A stretch of DNA of 64,000 bases from Flavobacteriales bacterium (GTDB lineage: Bacteria > Bacteroidota > Bacteroidia > Flavobacteriales_F > PHOS-HE28): contig JBDTNF010000188.1 of the NCBI GenBank assembly GCA_039933875.1, positions 53 to 64,052 on the forward strand, written 5' to 3'. Each line of letters starts with the position of its first letter. Within the stretch, counting starts at the first letter, position 1. A program made the position numbers and the translations under genes. A model generated the notes under the pieces. The model searched no databases. It saw only the letters and a list, made by a program, of their open reading frames with translations, and was not told the DNA's origin. This document shows, one piece after another, positions 46,264-54,973 of this stretch.

Positions 46264-47778
46264 TCACTCGAACTTCTCGGGGCGCATTTGCGGGAAGAGC
46301 AGGACCTCCTGGATGGCTGGATTGTTCGTGAGCACCATCACAAGACGATCGAGTCCGATGCCCACGCCGCTCGTCGGCGGCATGCCGTACTCCAAAGCGC
46401 GAAGGAAATCCTGATCGATGAACATCGCCTCATCGTCGCCGCGCTGCTGCAACTTCAACTGCTCCTCGAATCGCTCGCGCTGATCGATCGGGTCGTTCAA
46501 CTCGCTGTAGGCATTGGCCAGTTCGAAGCCGTTCACAAACAGCTCAAAGCGCTCGGTGAGGCGTGCATCATCGCGGTGCTTCTTGCACAGCGGACTCATT
46601 TCCACCGGGAAGTCGGTGACGAACGTTGGCTGGATCAGCTCAGGCTGCACCAATGCGCTGAAGAGTTCATCGATCAATTTGCCCTTCCCCATGCTTGCCT
46701 CCACATGGATGTTGTTCGCGGCACACAGCGAACGCAAGCCGGGCTCGTCCATCTCCAGCACGTCCTTGCCGGTCTTCTCCTGGATGGAACCGCACATGGT
46801 GATGCGCTTGAAGGGCGCGGTGAACTGGATCGTGTTCTGTTGGAAGGTGGCCGCGGACGAACCATTGGCCGCGATGGCCACACGCTCGAGCATGCGCTCC
46901 ATGAAATTCATCATCCAGCGGTAGTCCTTGTACGCCACGTAGAGCTCCATAATGGTGAACTCCGGATTGTGCGTGCGGTCCATACCCTCATTGCGGAAGT
47001 TGCGGCTGAACTCGAACACGCCCTGGAAGCCGCCTACGATGAGGCGTTTCAGATAGAGTTCGTTCGCGATGCGCATGTACAACTTCGTGTCGAGCGCGTT
47101 GTGGTGCGTCTCGAACGGCCGCGCCGCTGCGCCGCCCGGAATGGGCTGCAATACGGGCGTGTCCACTTCGAGGTAGCCCGCTTCGTCCATCGTGGCGCGC
47201 ATGGCAGTGACGATGCGCGAACGCTTCAGGAAAGTCCCGCGCACGCCCTCGTTCACGATCAGGTCCACATAGCGCATGCGGTAGCGCTGCTCGGGGTCGG
47301 TGAACGCGTCGAACACATTGCCCGCCTCATCGGTCTTCACCACAGGCAACGGACGCAGCGCCTTGCTCAACACGGTCAGTTCCTTCACGTGAACAGTGAT
47401 CTCCCCGGTACGCGTCCTGAACACATGTCCCTTCACCCCGATGAAGTCACCGAGGTGAAGCAGATGCCTCCACACCTCGTCGTACATGGCCTTGTCCTCT
47501 CCGGGCGCCACCTCGTCGCGCGCCACGTAGATCTGCTGGTCGCCGGTGTGATCGCGCAACACGGCGAAGCTGGCCTTGCCCATCACCCGCACGCTCATGA
47601 TCCGCCCGGCGATGGTCACCTGGGCCGGTTCTCCTTCTTCCTTGAACAGTCCCTTGACCTCCAGGGCTGTGCTGTTCACAGGGTATTCAGCGGCGGGGAA
47701 GGGCTCGATGCCAAGGGCGCGGAGCTTCTGCAGCGCCTCGCGGCGAACGAGCTCCTGGTCGGAAAGGGCGTGGGACAT
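46264..47778 (-). CDS. lysS: lysine--tRNA ligase (class II)
   Basis: The start is MSHALSDQELVRREAL.... An OB-fold anticodon-binding N-domain and class II motifs (FRNEGMDRTHNPEFT, ...GGVGIGLDRLVM) are present. Confidence 0.9.
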   Translation of the reverse strand: MSHALSDQELVRREALQKLRALGIEPFPAAEYPVNSTALEVKGLFKEEGEPAQVTIAGRIMSVRVMGKASFAVLRDHTGDQQIYVARDEVAPGEDKAMYDEVWRHLLHLGDFIGVKGHVFRTRTGEITVHVKELTVLSKALRPLPVVKTDEAGNVFDAFTDPEQRYRMRYVDLIVNEGVRGTFLKRSRIVTAMRATMDEAGYLEVDTPVLQPIPGGAAARPFETHHNALDTKLYMRIANELYLKRLIVGGFQGVFEFSRNFRNEGMDRTHNPEFTIMELYVAYKDYRWMMNFMERMLERVAIAANGSSAATFQQNTIQFTAPFKRITMCGSIQEKTGKDVLEMDEPGLRSLCAANNIHVEASMGKGKLIDELFSALVQPELIQPTFVTDFPVEMSPLCKKHRDDARLTERFELFVNGFELANAYSELNDPIDQRERFEEQLKLQQRGDDEAMFIDQDFLRALEYGMPPTSGVGIGLDRLVMVLTNNPAIQEVLLFPQMRPEKFE

Positions 47779-47874
47779 GGACGGAATTGCGAATGGGTGG
47801 CGAAGATACCCAGCAACCCCGGGCGACGGCCGTGCGTACCACGCGCCTAATTTCGCCCTCGCATCAACAGCACC

Positions 47875-48861
47875 ATGGAGCAACTCATCGACGCATTCCC
47901 CCGCCAACTCAAGGAAGCCTTGGAGATCGGCCGCAAGGCCACACTGAAGGCCCCGGGCGGGCCTTACGCCAACGTCGTTGTGACCGGACTTGGCGGCAGC
48001 GGCATCGGCGGGCGCATCGCAGCGCAGTTGACGCACAAGGAAGCCAAGTGCCCCATCGAGGTCTACAACAACTACTACCTGCCGGGCTATGTGAACCACA
48101 AGAGCCTGGTGATCGCCTGTAGCTATAGTGGGAATACCGAAGAGACCCTAGCGGCGATGGAACAAGCCCTGGCCAAGGGTGCCCGTGTGGTCGTCATCAC
48201 CAGTGGCGGCACCATGCTGGAGATGGCCAAGGCGAAAGGCCTTGACCATATCGTGATCCCCGGCGGCAATCCGCCGCGCACCATGCTCGCCTATTCGCTG
48301 GTGCAACAGTTCTTCGTATTGCACCACTTCGGCATCATCGGCGATGGCTTCGAGGGTGCGATCAAAACCACCGCGCTGATGCTGGAGCAGGACAAGGAGG
48401 ACATCAAGAAGGCGGCGCAGGACCTCACCGAGAAACTCCTGGGCAAGCGCCTGGTGATCTACAGCGAAGCCAACACCGAGGCCGTGAGCATCCGTTTCCG
48501 CCAGCAGGTGAACGAGAACAGCAAGGAACTCTGCTGGCACCACGCCATCCCCGAGATGAACCACAACGAGTTGGTGGGCTGGGCCGGTGGTGACAAGAGC
48601 CTTGCCGTGGTGATCTTCCGTCACAAGGAGGACCACGAGCGCACGCAAATGCGCATGGAGATCAACAAGAGCATCTTCGAGAAGTACACCCCGCACGTCC
48701 ACGAAGTGTGGAGCAAGGGCGACACGGCCTTCGCGCGCCAGTTGTACTTGATCAACCTGGGCGACTGGGTAAGCTTGTACTGGGCGGTGAAGAAGGGCGT
48801 CGACCCCAGCGAGATCGCGGTGATCAACATGCTCAAGGGCAAGCTGGCTGAGGTGAAGTAA
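47875..48861 (+). CDS. bifunctional phosphoglucose/phosphomannose isomerase (SIS domain)
   Basis: An archaeal-type PGI/PMI family protein of 328 aa with a SIS-like fold pattern. Confidence 0.7.
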   Translation: MEQLIDAFPRQLKEALEIGRKATLKAPGGPYANVVVTGLGGSGIGGRIAAQLTHKEAKCPIEVYNNYYLPGYVNHKSLVIACSYSGNTEETLAAMEQALAKGARVVVITSGGTMLEMAKAKGLDHIVIPGGNPPRTMLAYSLVQQFFVLHHFGIIGDGFEGAIKTTALMLEQDKEDIKKAAQDLTEKLLGKRLVIYSEANTEAVSIRFRQQVNENSKELCWHHAIPEMNHNELVGWAGGDKSLAVVIFRHKEDHERTQMRMEINKSIFEKYTPHVHEVWSKGDTAFARQLYLINLGDWVSLYWAVKKGVDPSEIAVINMLKGKLAEVK

Positions 48862-48940
48862 GTAGCGGCGAGTTGTGAGTGGAGAGGGAGTGCCACGTGG
48901 CATTCACTCTCCACTCATCACTTACTACTCGCCACTCTCT
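48862..48940. repeat. REP-like imperfect hairpin of GAGTGG/CCACTC units, copy 2, directly after a stop codon
   Basis: GGCGAGTTGTGAGTGGAGAG ... CTCTCCACTCATCACTTACTACTCGCCACTC. It shares ACTACTCGCCACTC with 18640-18730. Confidence 0.6.
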
Positions 48941-48956
48941 GCGATCTTTGCCCCCC

Positions 48957-49664
48957 GTGCGAACAGTTCTTTTCCAAGACCTCGGCCTGATCGACTACGC
49001 GGAAGCGTGGGACCTGCAGACGAGCCTCTTCCAGGCTACGATCGACCGGAAGATCGCCAACCGCAACCTACCCGAAGATCAGCGGATCCTCACCGAGGAC
49101 CACCTGCTCTTCTGTGAGCATCCGCATGTGTATACGCTTGGCAAGAGTGGCAAAGAGTCACACTTGCTATTGAACGAGCAAGGCCTTCGTGAACGGGGCG
49201 TGCAGTTCTTCCCGATCGATCGCGGCGGCGACATCACCTACCATGGACCAGGGCAGATCGTGGGTTACCCCATCTTCGATCTTGATCACCACTTCACGGA
49301 CATCCATCGCTTCTTGCGCACACTTGAAGAGGCGGTGATCGGCACACTGGAGGCTTATGGCATCAAGGCTGGACGCATTGAGGGTCTCACCGGTGTATGG
49401 TTGGATGGGACGGATCCGTTCAAGGCACGCAAGATCTGTGCGTTCGGCATTCGCGCCAGCCGCTGGGTGACCATGCACGGCTTTGCGTTCAATGTGAACA
49501 CCGACCTCGGCTTCTTCGAGAACATCGTGCCGTGCGGGATCGCTGACAAGGGCGTGACCAGCATGGCGAAGGAACTGGGTGGGCCGGTGGACATCGAAGA
49601 AGTGAAACAGCGTTTGAGGTTGGAATTGGCGGACCTCTTCGATGTGGAGCTTGAATACTTGTGA
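48957..49664 (+). CDS. lipB: lipoyl(octanoyl) transferase
   Basis: RGGDITYHGPGQIVGYPIFDL and KICAFGIRASRWVTMHGFAFNV match LipB. The likely start is GTG at 48957 (VRTVLFQDLGLIDY...). Confidence 0.85.
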   Translation: MRTVLFQDLGLIDYAEAWDLQTSLFQATIDRKIANRNLPEDQRILTEDHLLFCEHPHVYTLGKSGKESHLLLNEQGLRERGVQFFPIDRGGDITYHGPGQIVGYPIFDLDHHFTDIHRFLRTLEEAVIGTLEAYGIKAGRIEGLTGVWLDGTDPFKARKICAFGIRASRWVTMHGFAFNVNTDLGFFENIVPCGIADKGVTSMAKELGGPVDIEEVKQRLRLELADLFDVELEYL

Positions 49665-49739
49665 TCTTGGACTGATTCCTGCTCACTGCATCTCGCACCT
49701 GCGCGCCGTATTCGGTGGTATTACATACCTTCCCCTTCC

Positions 49740-52427
49740 ATGGGTTCCAACCACACTGCACGTTCGCTCATTAGTGCCGCGGCAGCGACTTTAATACTAG
49801 CGCACGGTTCCAAAGCCCAATTCTCCTCGGCTATTGTCGTGGACGGGGATGCGGACCATGCCATTTCGCTTGCTGTGGCGGATATCAACGGGGACACTGA
49901 CCCGGACCTCGTGTATGCTACTCGGGCCCCATCAGGTGGGATATACTGGCGGGCCAGCGATGGTGCGGGAAATTTCGGTCCACCACAAGAGGTTTCCGTC
50001 GAGGCATATCTCGAGGAGCTCGAAGCCGTTGATATCGATAGTGATGGCGATATCGATATCGTATGCACAAAAGATGGAACCCAAGCATGCGTAGTGCTCC
50101 TGCGCAACACAGGCGGCGGCACGAATTGGGTGCGCACCATACCTATGACCGGTTTAGTTCCCCGCACCATATGCACCTTGGATTTTGATGGTGATGGTGA
50201 CATCGACATTGTCAGTGGGACAGGGAGTAGTCCGTATGCAGGTCTCATGTGGTCCAAGAACCTGGGCGGGGGTAGTTTCAGCATGGTCTTTACTCCGATC
50301 GACCCTGACGTGGATGGTCTGAAATGCGTTCGCACAGGTGATATGGATGGGGATGGAGACCGCGACATTGTAGCCGCATACGACTACCCGAACGAGATCG
50401 GCTGGTATGCCAATACTGGAGATGTCAGCGTCCTCAATCGACAGGTGATCACCAACGAGGTCTTGAATCCCATGTGTATCGACCTTGCGGATCTCGATGG
50501 TGACGGTGATCTGGACGTTCTTTCTGCCTCGCACGATGATGGCAAGATCGCTTGGTACGCGAACGATGGCGTCGGTCAATTCGGTCTCCAACAGGTGCTC
50601 GATGTGGCGGTGTACTCGGCGATATGTGTTCTCGCCGCGGACCTGAACAGCGACGGACTCATGGACATAATCGCACCGGCTGCTGGAAAGATCGTGTGGT
50701 ACAAAGCCCTGGCACCAGGGGTCTTCAGTGATGCGATCGTTGCTGGCTTCAACCAGCTCACAGACGCCGCTGTGTCCGATCTTGATCAGGACGGAGATCT
50801 CGACCTTTTGTTCACGTCAGCCGGTTCTGATCTGGTGGCCTGGTACGAGAATTACATCGGGAGCCCATTCGAAATTGTTGGGAATGTTTTCGTGGATGAG
50901 GATGGCAGCATTTCGCCAACCGCTGGTGATGTGATGTTGCCTTGGCTAACAGTGGTGTCCGACCCGTTCGTGTCCTATCCGATGACCGGCGACAGCGGGT
51001 CCTATGTCTTTCATGTCGTGCCGGGGACTTATGCCGTCGACCTCCCCCCTCCGGGACCATTCTGGACCGTGGAGCCAGCCGGATATGTTGCGAGCGTTGA
51101 CAGTTCTGCTATGACAAGCGAGGGGAATGATTTCATTCTCACCTCGATTATAGATACCTCCCTTGTAAGCGCGTCGCTCACCTGGTCTCCGGCCCCTTGT
51201 GGTGGTGTGACATCTGTGTGGCTATCCTATTCCAATGAGGGAACAAGGATCGAGCAAGGAAATATCACACTTCAACTGGACTCGCATTATGTCTATCTCT
51301 CCGCCGACCCTCCCCCGGATTCTGTTGAGGAGGCCATGTTGACATGGACATACGATTCACTGTTGTATTTCGAAGTACGCCGGATCCGGTTGGAGGTGTT
51401 AAAACCGACCTCCCTCTACCAGGGAATTCCCCTTCTTTCTTCGATCCACATGACAGCGCTTAATGAAATGAGCGACACGCTAGCTGCTTTCCATTTCAAT
51501 TCTCAGGGGATCCATCTCTGTGCGTTCGATCCAAATGACAAGTATGTCATCCCGGGCGGGTATGGCGAGCACCATGCTGTTGACGTTCATCAGTCAGGTC
51601 TCGACTACACCATACGATTCCAGAACACTGGAACAGCACCTGCGTTCAATGTCATGCTTCTTGACTCGTTGTCTCCAAGCCTGGACTGGTCGAGCCTCCG
51701 CTTGCTGGGTTATTCACATACCCCGAGCAGTATTCGCATTGAGCACGATGGCCAATTGGTCATTCAGTTTGATAATATCATGTTGCCCGACAGCTCCTCT
51801 AATCAAGCTGGCAGCCAAGGATTCATCTCATTCCATCTCAACCTGATACCTGATCTCCCCCATCTGACCGAGATCGCGAATAGCGCACAGATCCACTTTG
51901 ACTACAACGAACCGGTCGTGACGAACACGACGCTTACAACATTGGTTGATTGTGACCTGTGGCAACCGCAGATCATCACGCTTATGACGAACGTGTTGCA
52001 GGTTCCCGAGGGGGATGGATACACATGGTATCTCAATGGCGAACCTCTCCCGGGCGATACGAGCCAATTGCTGTTGATCGACGTTCCCGGGACTTACACG
52101 GCCGAAGTGACCAGCGAATATGGCTGCACAAGCGCAACGGATCCTGTGCAGATCATTGTACTCGAAATCCCGGAGATCGATGCCCTGAGCATGGCCGTTG
52201 TTCCGAATCCCTTCAGCAGCGAGACGCGAGTACTGTTCGGTGAACCTCTTACATCCGAGCATCGCGTCGAGTTGCTCGATTTGAACGGCCGTGCCGTCCG
52301 ATCACTTTTTGGGTCCGGGACCGACCAACTCGTTTTGACACGCGAAGGCCTGCCTGCGGGAATGTATGTGCTACGCGTGAACAGCGACAACGGGTATCGC
52401 GGTTCGCTGCGCCTCGTGATCGAATAG
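49740..52427 (+). CDS. large secreted FG-GAP/VCBS-repeat protein with T9SS C-terminal sorting domain
   Basis: It has a signal peptide, many D.DGDGD.D.V repeat units, and a Por-type tail ...VPNPFSSETRVLF...GMYVLRVNSDNGYRGSLRLVIE. Confidence 0.7.
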   Translation: MGSNHTARSLISAAAATLILAHGSKAQFSSAIVVDGDADHAISLAVADINGDTDPDLVYATRAPSGGIYWRASDGAGNFGPPQEVSVEAYLEELEAVDIDSDGDIDIVCTKDGTQACVVLLRNTGGGTNWVRTIPMTGLVPRTICTLDFDGDGDIDIVSGTGSSPYAGLMWSKNLGGGSFSMVFTPIDPDVDGLKCVRTGDMDGDGDRDIVAAYDYPNEIGWYANTGDVSVLNRQVITNEVLNPMCIDLADLDGDGDLDVLSASHDDGKIAWYANDGVGQFGLQQVLDVAVYSAICVLAADLNSDGLMDIIAPAAGKIVWYKALAPGVFSDAIVAGFNQLTDAAVSDLDQDGDLDLLFTSAGSDLVAWYENYIGSPFEIVGNVFVDEDGSISPTAGDVMLPWLTVVSDPFVSYPMTGDSGSYVFHVVPGTYAVDLPPPGPFWTVEPAGYVASVDSSAMTSEGNDFILTSIIDTSLVSASLTWSPAPCGGVTSVWLSYSNEGTRIEQGNITLQLDSHYVYLSADPPPDSVEEAMLTWTYDSLLYFEVRRIRLEVLKPTSLYQGIPLLSSIHMTALNEMSDTLAAFHFNSQGIHLCAFDPNDKYVIPGGYGEHHAVDVHQSGLDYTIRFQNTGTAPAFNVMLLDSLSPSLDWSSLRLLGYSHTPSSIRIEHDGQLVIQFDNIMLPDSSSNQAGSQGFISFHLNLIPDLPHLTEIANSAQIHFDYNEPVVTNTTLTTLVDCDLWQPQIITLMTNVLQVPEGDGYTWYLNGEPLPGDTSQLLLIDVPGTYTAEVTSEYGCTSATDPVQIIVLEIPEIDALSMAVVPNPFSSETRVLFGEPLTSEHRVELLDLNGRAVRSLFGSGTDQLVLTREGLPAGMYVLRVNSDNGYRGSLRLVIE

Positions 52428-52494
52428 GGCTGGCGGGACTCGGCCGCCGATGCCGGATCGGCCGCCTCACTACCTTCGACCCAAGCCCACCGCC

Positions 52495-53655
52495 ATGCGT
52501 TCCCTTATCCGCTTCATCCTGTGGTTCGCCGCGATCGTCGTGCTGCTGATCTCGGTATTGTACATCACCGGTAACGACCACTTGGTGCGCGGAGTGCGCT
52601 ATACCTATCTGATCGGCCGCAACGGGCCCGAGATCGACGATCGCGGCTTCTTCCCCTACACCACCATCCGGGCCGAGGACCCACAACCCTGGCCGCAAGG
52701 CGCGCGCTATGGAAAATTGAAGCTCAGCCCCGCACAGGAAAAGGAACTGCGGGAGTTGTACTCCGTCGGTTTCGCGGTGTTCCAGGACGACAGCCTGATC
52801 TTCGAACAGTACTGGAGCGGCTGGGATGCGGACAGCGTGAGCAACAGCTTCAGCGTGGCGAAGAGCTACATCAGCGTACTCACCGGTATCGCCATGAAGG
52901 AGGGTGTGATCGACAATGTGTTCCAGCCGGTGGCCGATTTCCTGCCCGAGTTCAAGGACGAGTGCCACAGCAAGATCACCCTCTGGAACCTGCTTACCAT
53001 GAGCACGGGGCTTGACTGGAGTGAGAGCGGGAAGGATCCGTTCAGTGACAACGCGAAAGGGTACTACGGCACCCAGGTGCGCGAATTGAGCCTGGCGCAA
53101 CCATGCCGCGACGAATCCGGGAAGGAGTTCGACTACATCAGCGGCAGCACGCAGATCATGGCGGAAGTGCTGGAGGCCGCGTACGGCCGACCCCTGGACG
53201 ACCTCGTACGTGAGAAGATCTGGGGCCCACTTGGTTGCGAGCACGATGCCTATTGGGGCAAGGACCGCGCGGACGGCGACTTCAAGGCCTTCTGCTGCCT
53301 CTATGCCACCGCGCGCGATTTCGGCCGCATCGGGCAGCTATACCTCGACAGCGGCATGTGGAAAGGCAAGCGTATCCTACCGGTTGAATACTGGCAGGCA
53401 TCCATCACACCCGCCGCGCTCGATGACAAGGGTTCACGCAACCAGCGCTATGGGTACTACTGGTGGCTGGCGGAGGTGGATGGAGAACCGATCCAATACT
53501 GCCGTGGCTTCCACGGAGAGTACGTGGTGGTGATACCGAGCGAGCGACTCGTCTTCGTGCGTACCGGCATGAAACGCGAGGAGGTGAACGCCACAGGACA
53601 TCCGACGGACGTGTTCAAGTGGATCGCGATCGCTCGCGAACTGGCCGCTCGTTGA
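52495..53655 (+). CDS. serine hydrolase of the beta-lactamase/transpeptidase-like superfamily
   Basis: An N-terminal TM/signal segment is present, with the SxxK motif FSVAKSY and a beta-lactamase-related length of about 390 aa. Confidence 0.6.
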   Translation: MRSLIRFILWFAAIVVLLISVLYITGNDHLVRGVRYTYLIGRNGPEIDDRGFFPYTTIRAEDPQPWPQGARYGKLKLSPAQEKELRELYSVGFAVFQDDSLIFEQYWSGWDADSVSNSFSVAKSYISVLTGIAMKEGVIDNVFQPVADFLPEFKDECHSKITLWNLLTMSTGLDWSESGKDPFSDNAKGYYGTQVRELSLAQPCRDESGKEFDYISGSTQIMAEVLEAAYGRPLDDLVREKIWGPLGCEHDAYWGKDRADGDFKAFCCLYATARDFGRIGQLYLDSGMWKGKRILPVEYWQASITPAALDDKGSRNQRYGYYWWLAEVDGEPIQYCRGFHGEYVVVIPSERLVFVRTGMKREEVNATGHPTDVFKWIAIARELAAR

Positions 53656-53704
53656 TCCCATCATCCGATCTTTGTCCTCACACCCACAGGGTGTTGACGA
53701 CGTT

Positions 53705-54109
53705 ATGCGCAAGGACATCCACCCGCCCAAGGTCGAAGGCATCGCCATGGCAGTGGTGCGCGAGGCCGATGAGGAGGGCGAAGAGGCGTGGTATGTGTAC
53801 TTGATCAACCAGCGTGATGTGACGTTGGAGAACGTGCTGGTGAGTTCGCGCGGCTATGGTGAGCTGGGGGGCGAAACACGCAAGACCAGCGAAATGCGTC
53901 ACTTCCTGGGCCAGCTGGGCCCGAAGAGTTGGGCGCGCATCGAACGCATCGTGGAGGACGTGTTCCCGCTGAACAACCAATACTGGCTCAGCTATTACGT
54001 GGGCCATGACCTGCACGACAAGAAGTACATCTTCCTGCCCGAGAGCATCCAGGAGGAGAACTTCACCATGCTCCCGCTGATGAACAAGCGCGGCGTGATG
54101 ATCCAATAA
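53705..54109 (+). CDS. hypothetical protein (about 134 aa)
   Basis: An ORF with no recognisable motif. Confidence 0.35.
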   Translation: MRKDIHPPKVEGIAMAVVREADEEGEEAWYVYLINQRDVTLENVLVSSRGYGELGGETRKTSEMRHFLGQLGPKSWARIERIVEDVFPLNNQYWLSYYVGHDLHDKKYIFLPESIQEENFTMLPLMNKRGVMIQ

Positions 54110-54208
54110 CCGAATCTTGAAAACTGGAAAAGGAAGGCAGAAACACGAAACCGGGAGGCGGATGCATTCTTTCTACTTTCAGCTTTCCTAGTTCATCTCT
54201 TCCCCGCC

Positions 54209-54937
54209 ATGCGCCCCGAACAAGCCCGTGACCTGAGCAAGGTGCTGTTCCTCGATATCGAGACCGTACCACAGACCTACGATTGGAGCGCGTTGGACGA
54301 ACGCACCGCGAAACTCTTCAGCGACAAGACGCGATTCGAACAAGAGCGGAACGAGAAAAGTGCGGAGGAACTCTACGCGGAAAAGGGCGGTATCCTCGCC
54401 GAGTTCGGCAAGATCATCTGCATCGGTGTCGGCTCGTTGCACAAGCAGGACGATGGGTTGGCGCTGCGTGTCACTTCGTTCCACGCCGATGACGAGGCCG
54501 CTGTCCTCGCGCGGTTCGTGGACCTCTTGAACAAGCACTACAACACCGATGAGCATTGGCTATGCGGCCACAACGGCAAAGAGTTCGACTTCCCGTGGAT
54601 CGCGCGCCGCTGCGTGGTGCACCACATCAAGCTGCCCAAATTGCTGGACATCGCCGGCCTGAAGCCCTGGGAGGTGGGCCACCTGGACACGATGAACCTC
54701 TGGAGCTTCGGCGATCGCAAGGCCTACACTTCGCTCGCACTGCTCACGCATATCCTCGGCATTCCGACACCGAAGGACGACATCTCCGGCGCCGATGTCG
54801 CGCGTGTGTACTACGAGGACAAGGACCTCGAGCGGATCGCCGCCTACTGCAAGAAGGACGTGGTGGCGACCGCGCAACTCTTTCTGCGGCTTACGGGGCG
54901 GGAGCTGATCCAGGGGTCGGGCATAACGTTGGTATAG
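54209..54937 (+). CDS. 3'-5' exonuclease (RNase H-like DEDD family, PolB-exonuclease-like)
   Basis: The N-terminal LFLDIETVP acidic motif and a downstream H...D motif are present. Confidence 0.6.
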   Translation: MRPEQARDLSKVLFLDIETVPQTYDWSALDERTAKLFSDKTRFEQERNEKSAEELYAEKGGILAEFGKIICIGVGSLHKQDDGLALRVTSFHADDEAAVLARFVDLLNKHYNTDEHWLCGHNGKEFDFPWIARRCVVHHIKLPKLLDIAGLKPWEVGHLDTMNLWSFGDRKAYTSLALLTHILGIPTPKDDISGADVARVYYEDKDLERIAAYCKKDVVATAQLFLRLTGRELIQGSGITLV

Positions 54938-54973
54938 ATCCTCCGGGTTCATGGTGTCTGGCGGCTCGTAGAC

